Source: Asterionella formosa
Taxonomy: Eukaryota
NCBI GenBank assembly: GCA_002256025.1
Contig: NKIB01014145.1
Coordinates: forward strand, 1-46,766
Direction: 5' to 3'
DNA: 46,766 nt
Positions within the stretch are counted from its first letter, which is position 1, and every line of letters begins with the position of its first letter. This document shows positions 45,555-46,766 of the stretch, in pieces. Below the pieces are notes generated by a model. The model saw only the letters and a program-made list of their open reading frames with translations, did no database searches and was not told the origin of the DNA. The position numbers and the translations under genes were made by a program.

Positions 45555-46766
45555 TCAGAGGCCAAGCCGACCTCGCTTCTTGGGCATAAACTTTGCAGCA
45601 TCGCTGCCACTTCGACGTCCTGGAGTTGCCACTGCAGAACGGCTTTCTGATGAATTTTGCTCTGCAAGGTTTTGTCGATTGAGCATCCGTTGCTCCTTCT
45701 CCTCTTTGTACTTCTTGAGAGCCATTTCCTTTTCCATTTCTGCCTGGCTGATCTTTTGTTGTGCGCGACGCTTCAACGTGGTCTCGTAACTTTCCTTGAT
45801 GCTGAAGAACATGGGTCCAAGTTCAGCAAGCCATTCACCTTCGACAGCTGTGACACAGGACATGTACTCTTTCGTGGTGCTGATAAGTTCGTGGTAGCAC
45901 ACATAATCAGGAGTGTAACCTAGTCCAAAGAGTGCACTAGAAGGGTGCAAGCCGGAAGGAATTCCAGAAAGCATGTTGATGTACTCGCCGATTCCCTTTA
46001 TCTTCGAACTGTTATAAAAATAGGCGGAGCAAATGGATTTGCGCACGGCATCCCAGGAGCCACTACAACTCCTAGGTTCCAGCTTCTGCTGTCTCATGAG
46101 GTCCAGCAATTGAGAATGCACCTCACGGGCTTTGCGAATCCCTTTGGAGTGAATGAAATGACGTGTACACCATTGTGCATCAAACTTGTATTGCTTCGCT
46201 CTAAGGTAGACATTCAAAAGCGTCAAGTGGTCGCTTTCAGGAACAAAGAACTTTTCGCGAGCAGCATCACTCTCCTCCTCCCGATCCTTAGGTCGGAAGA
46301 ACACAGACGGTACACTCAACATGCTGACGACAATCAGCATCTCGGTAGAGCACCCACCATTTTCATGGGCAAACAAAAGAAGCTTGCTCAACGGTGGGTC
46401 CAAGGGAAACTCAACCATGCGTCGACCCATTGGGGTCAAGTCTCCTGTGTTGTCGAGTGCCCCAAGGATCCAAAGCTGATACATCGAGTTCATGATGTTC
46501 TCTTGAGGTGGAGGGTCCATAAAGTCAAACTCCAGCAGATTTTTGACCCCAAGCGACTTCAGAAGCAAGACTACGTTCCCGAGGTTGGTTCTTTGGATCT
46601 CTGGAACAGAGCTCTCCATCAGCTCCTCTCTATACTGCCGATCAGTGTAAAGTCGAAAGGTCACCCCTGGACCAGTTCGTCCCGCGCGACCACTTCGCTG
46701 GTTTGCATTTGCTTTGCTGACGGGCGTAACAAGCAATGCATCCATTCCAATCTTTGGGTTATATAC
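45555..46766 (-). CDS. PRP16: Pre-mRNA splicing DEAH helicase Prp16 (DHX38), 3' part; the gene starts outside the window
   Basis: [11 protein letters not shown], motif [71 protein letters not shown] and [10 protein letters not shown]. Confidence 0.95.
   Translation of the reverse strand, partial: VYNPKIGMDALLVTPVSKANANQRSGRAGRTGPGVTFRLYTDRQYREELMESSVPEIQRTNLGNVVLLLKSLGVKNLLEFDFMDPPPQENIMNSMYQLWILGALDNTGDLTPMGRRMVEFPLDPPLSKLLLFAHENGGCSTEMLIVVSMLSVPSVFFRPKDREEESDAAREKFFVPESDHLTLLNVYLRAKQYKFDAQWCTRHFIHSKGIRKAREVHSQLLDLMRQQKLEPRSCSGSWDAVRKSICSAYFYNSSKIKGIGEYINMLSGIPSGLHPSSALFGLGYTPDYVCYHELISTTKEYMSCVTAVEGEWLAELGPMFFSIKESYETTLKRRAQQKISQAEMEKEMALKKYKEEKEQRMLNRQNLAEQNSSESRSAVATPGRRSGSDAAKFMPKKRGRLGL

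Overview
Gene-dense eukaryotic nuclear DNA, most likely from a diatom. The evidence is short GT-AG introns, bipartite signal-peptide + F/W plastid presequences, and DUF6824 and HA-domain genes. There are about 16 intact genes: a thylakoid-lumen PsbQ-like protein, BRCA2 with 8 BRC repeats, ALG11, a coiled-coil hypothetical protein, a DUF6824 protein, plastid serine acetyltransferase, mitochondrial ferredoxin, RPL8/uL2, an HA-domain protein, Pol III subunit C11, Nup35/53, a plastid parvulin, PARG, an ion-channel-like adenylyl cyclase, a lipocalin and the 3' part of PRP16. Two decayed accessory blocks (about 14-18 kb and 33.5-40 kb) carry a copia remnant, TIR elements and pseudogenes. The most notable observations are: (1) the RPL8 intron has an internal branch point and 3' splice site that would join exon 1 directly to an in-frame TGA, followed by a long hairpin, which suggests splicing/NMD autoregulation; (2) a palindromic GGTACCW heptamer repeat sits upstream of nearly every gene and is absent between convergent genes; (3) a ~90-bp palindromic MITE-like element occurs 5 times, inside those repeat tracts; (4) a voltage-sensor + IQ + cyclase + TPR protein lacks the catalytic Asn/Arg. 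All family calls come from recognising motifs by eye; no database searches were run.
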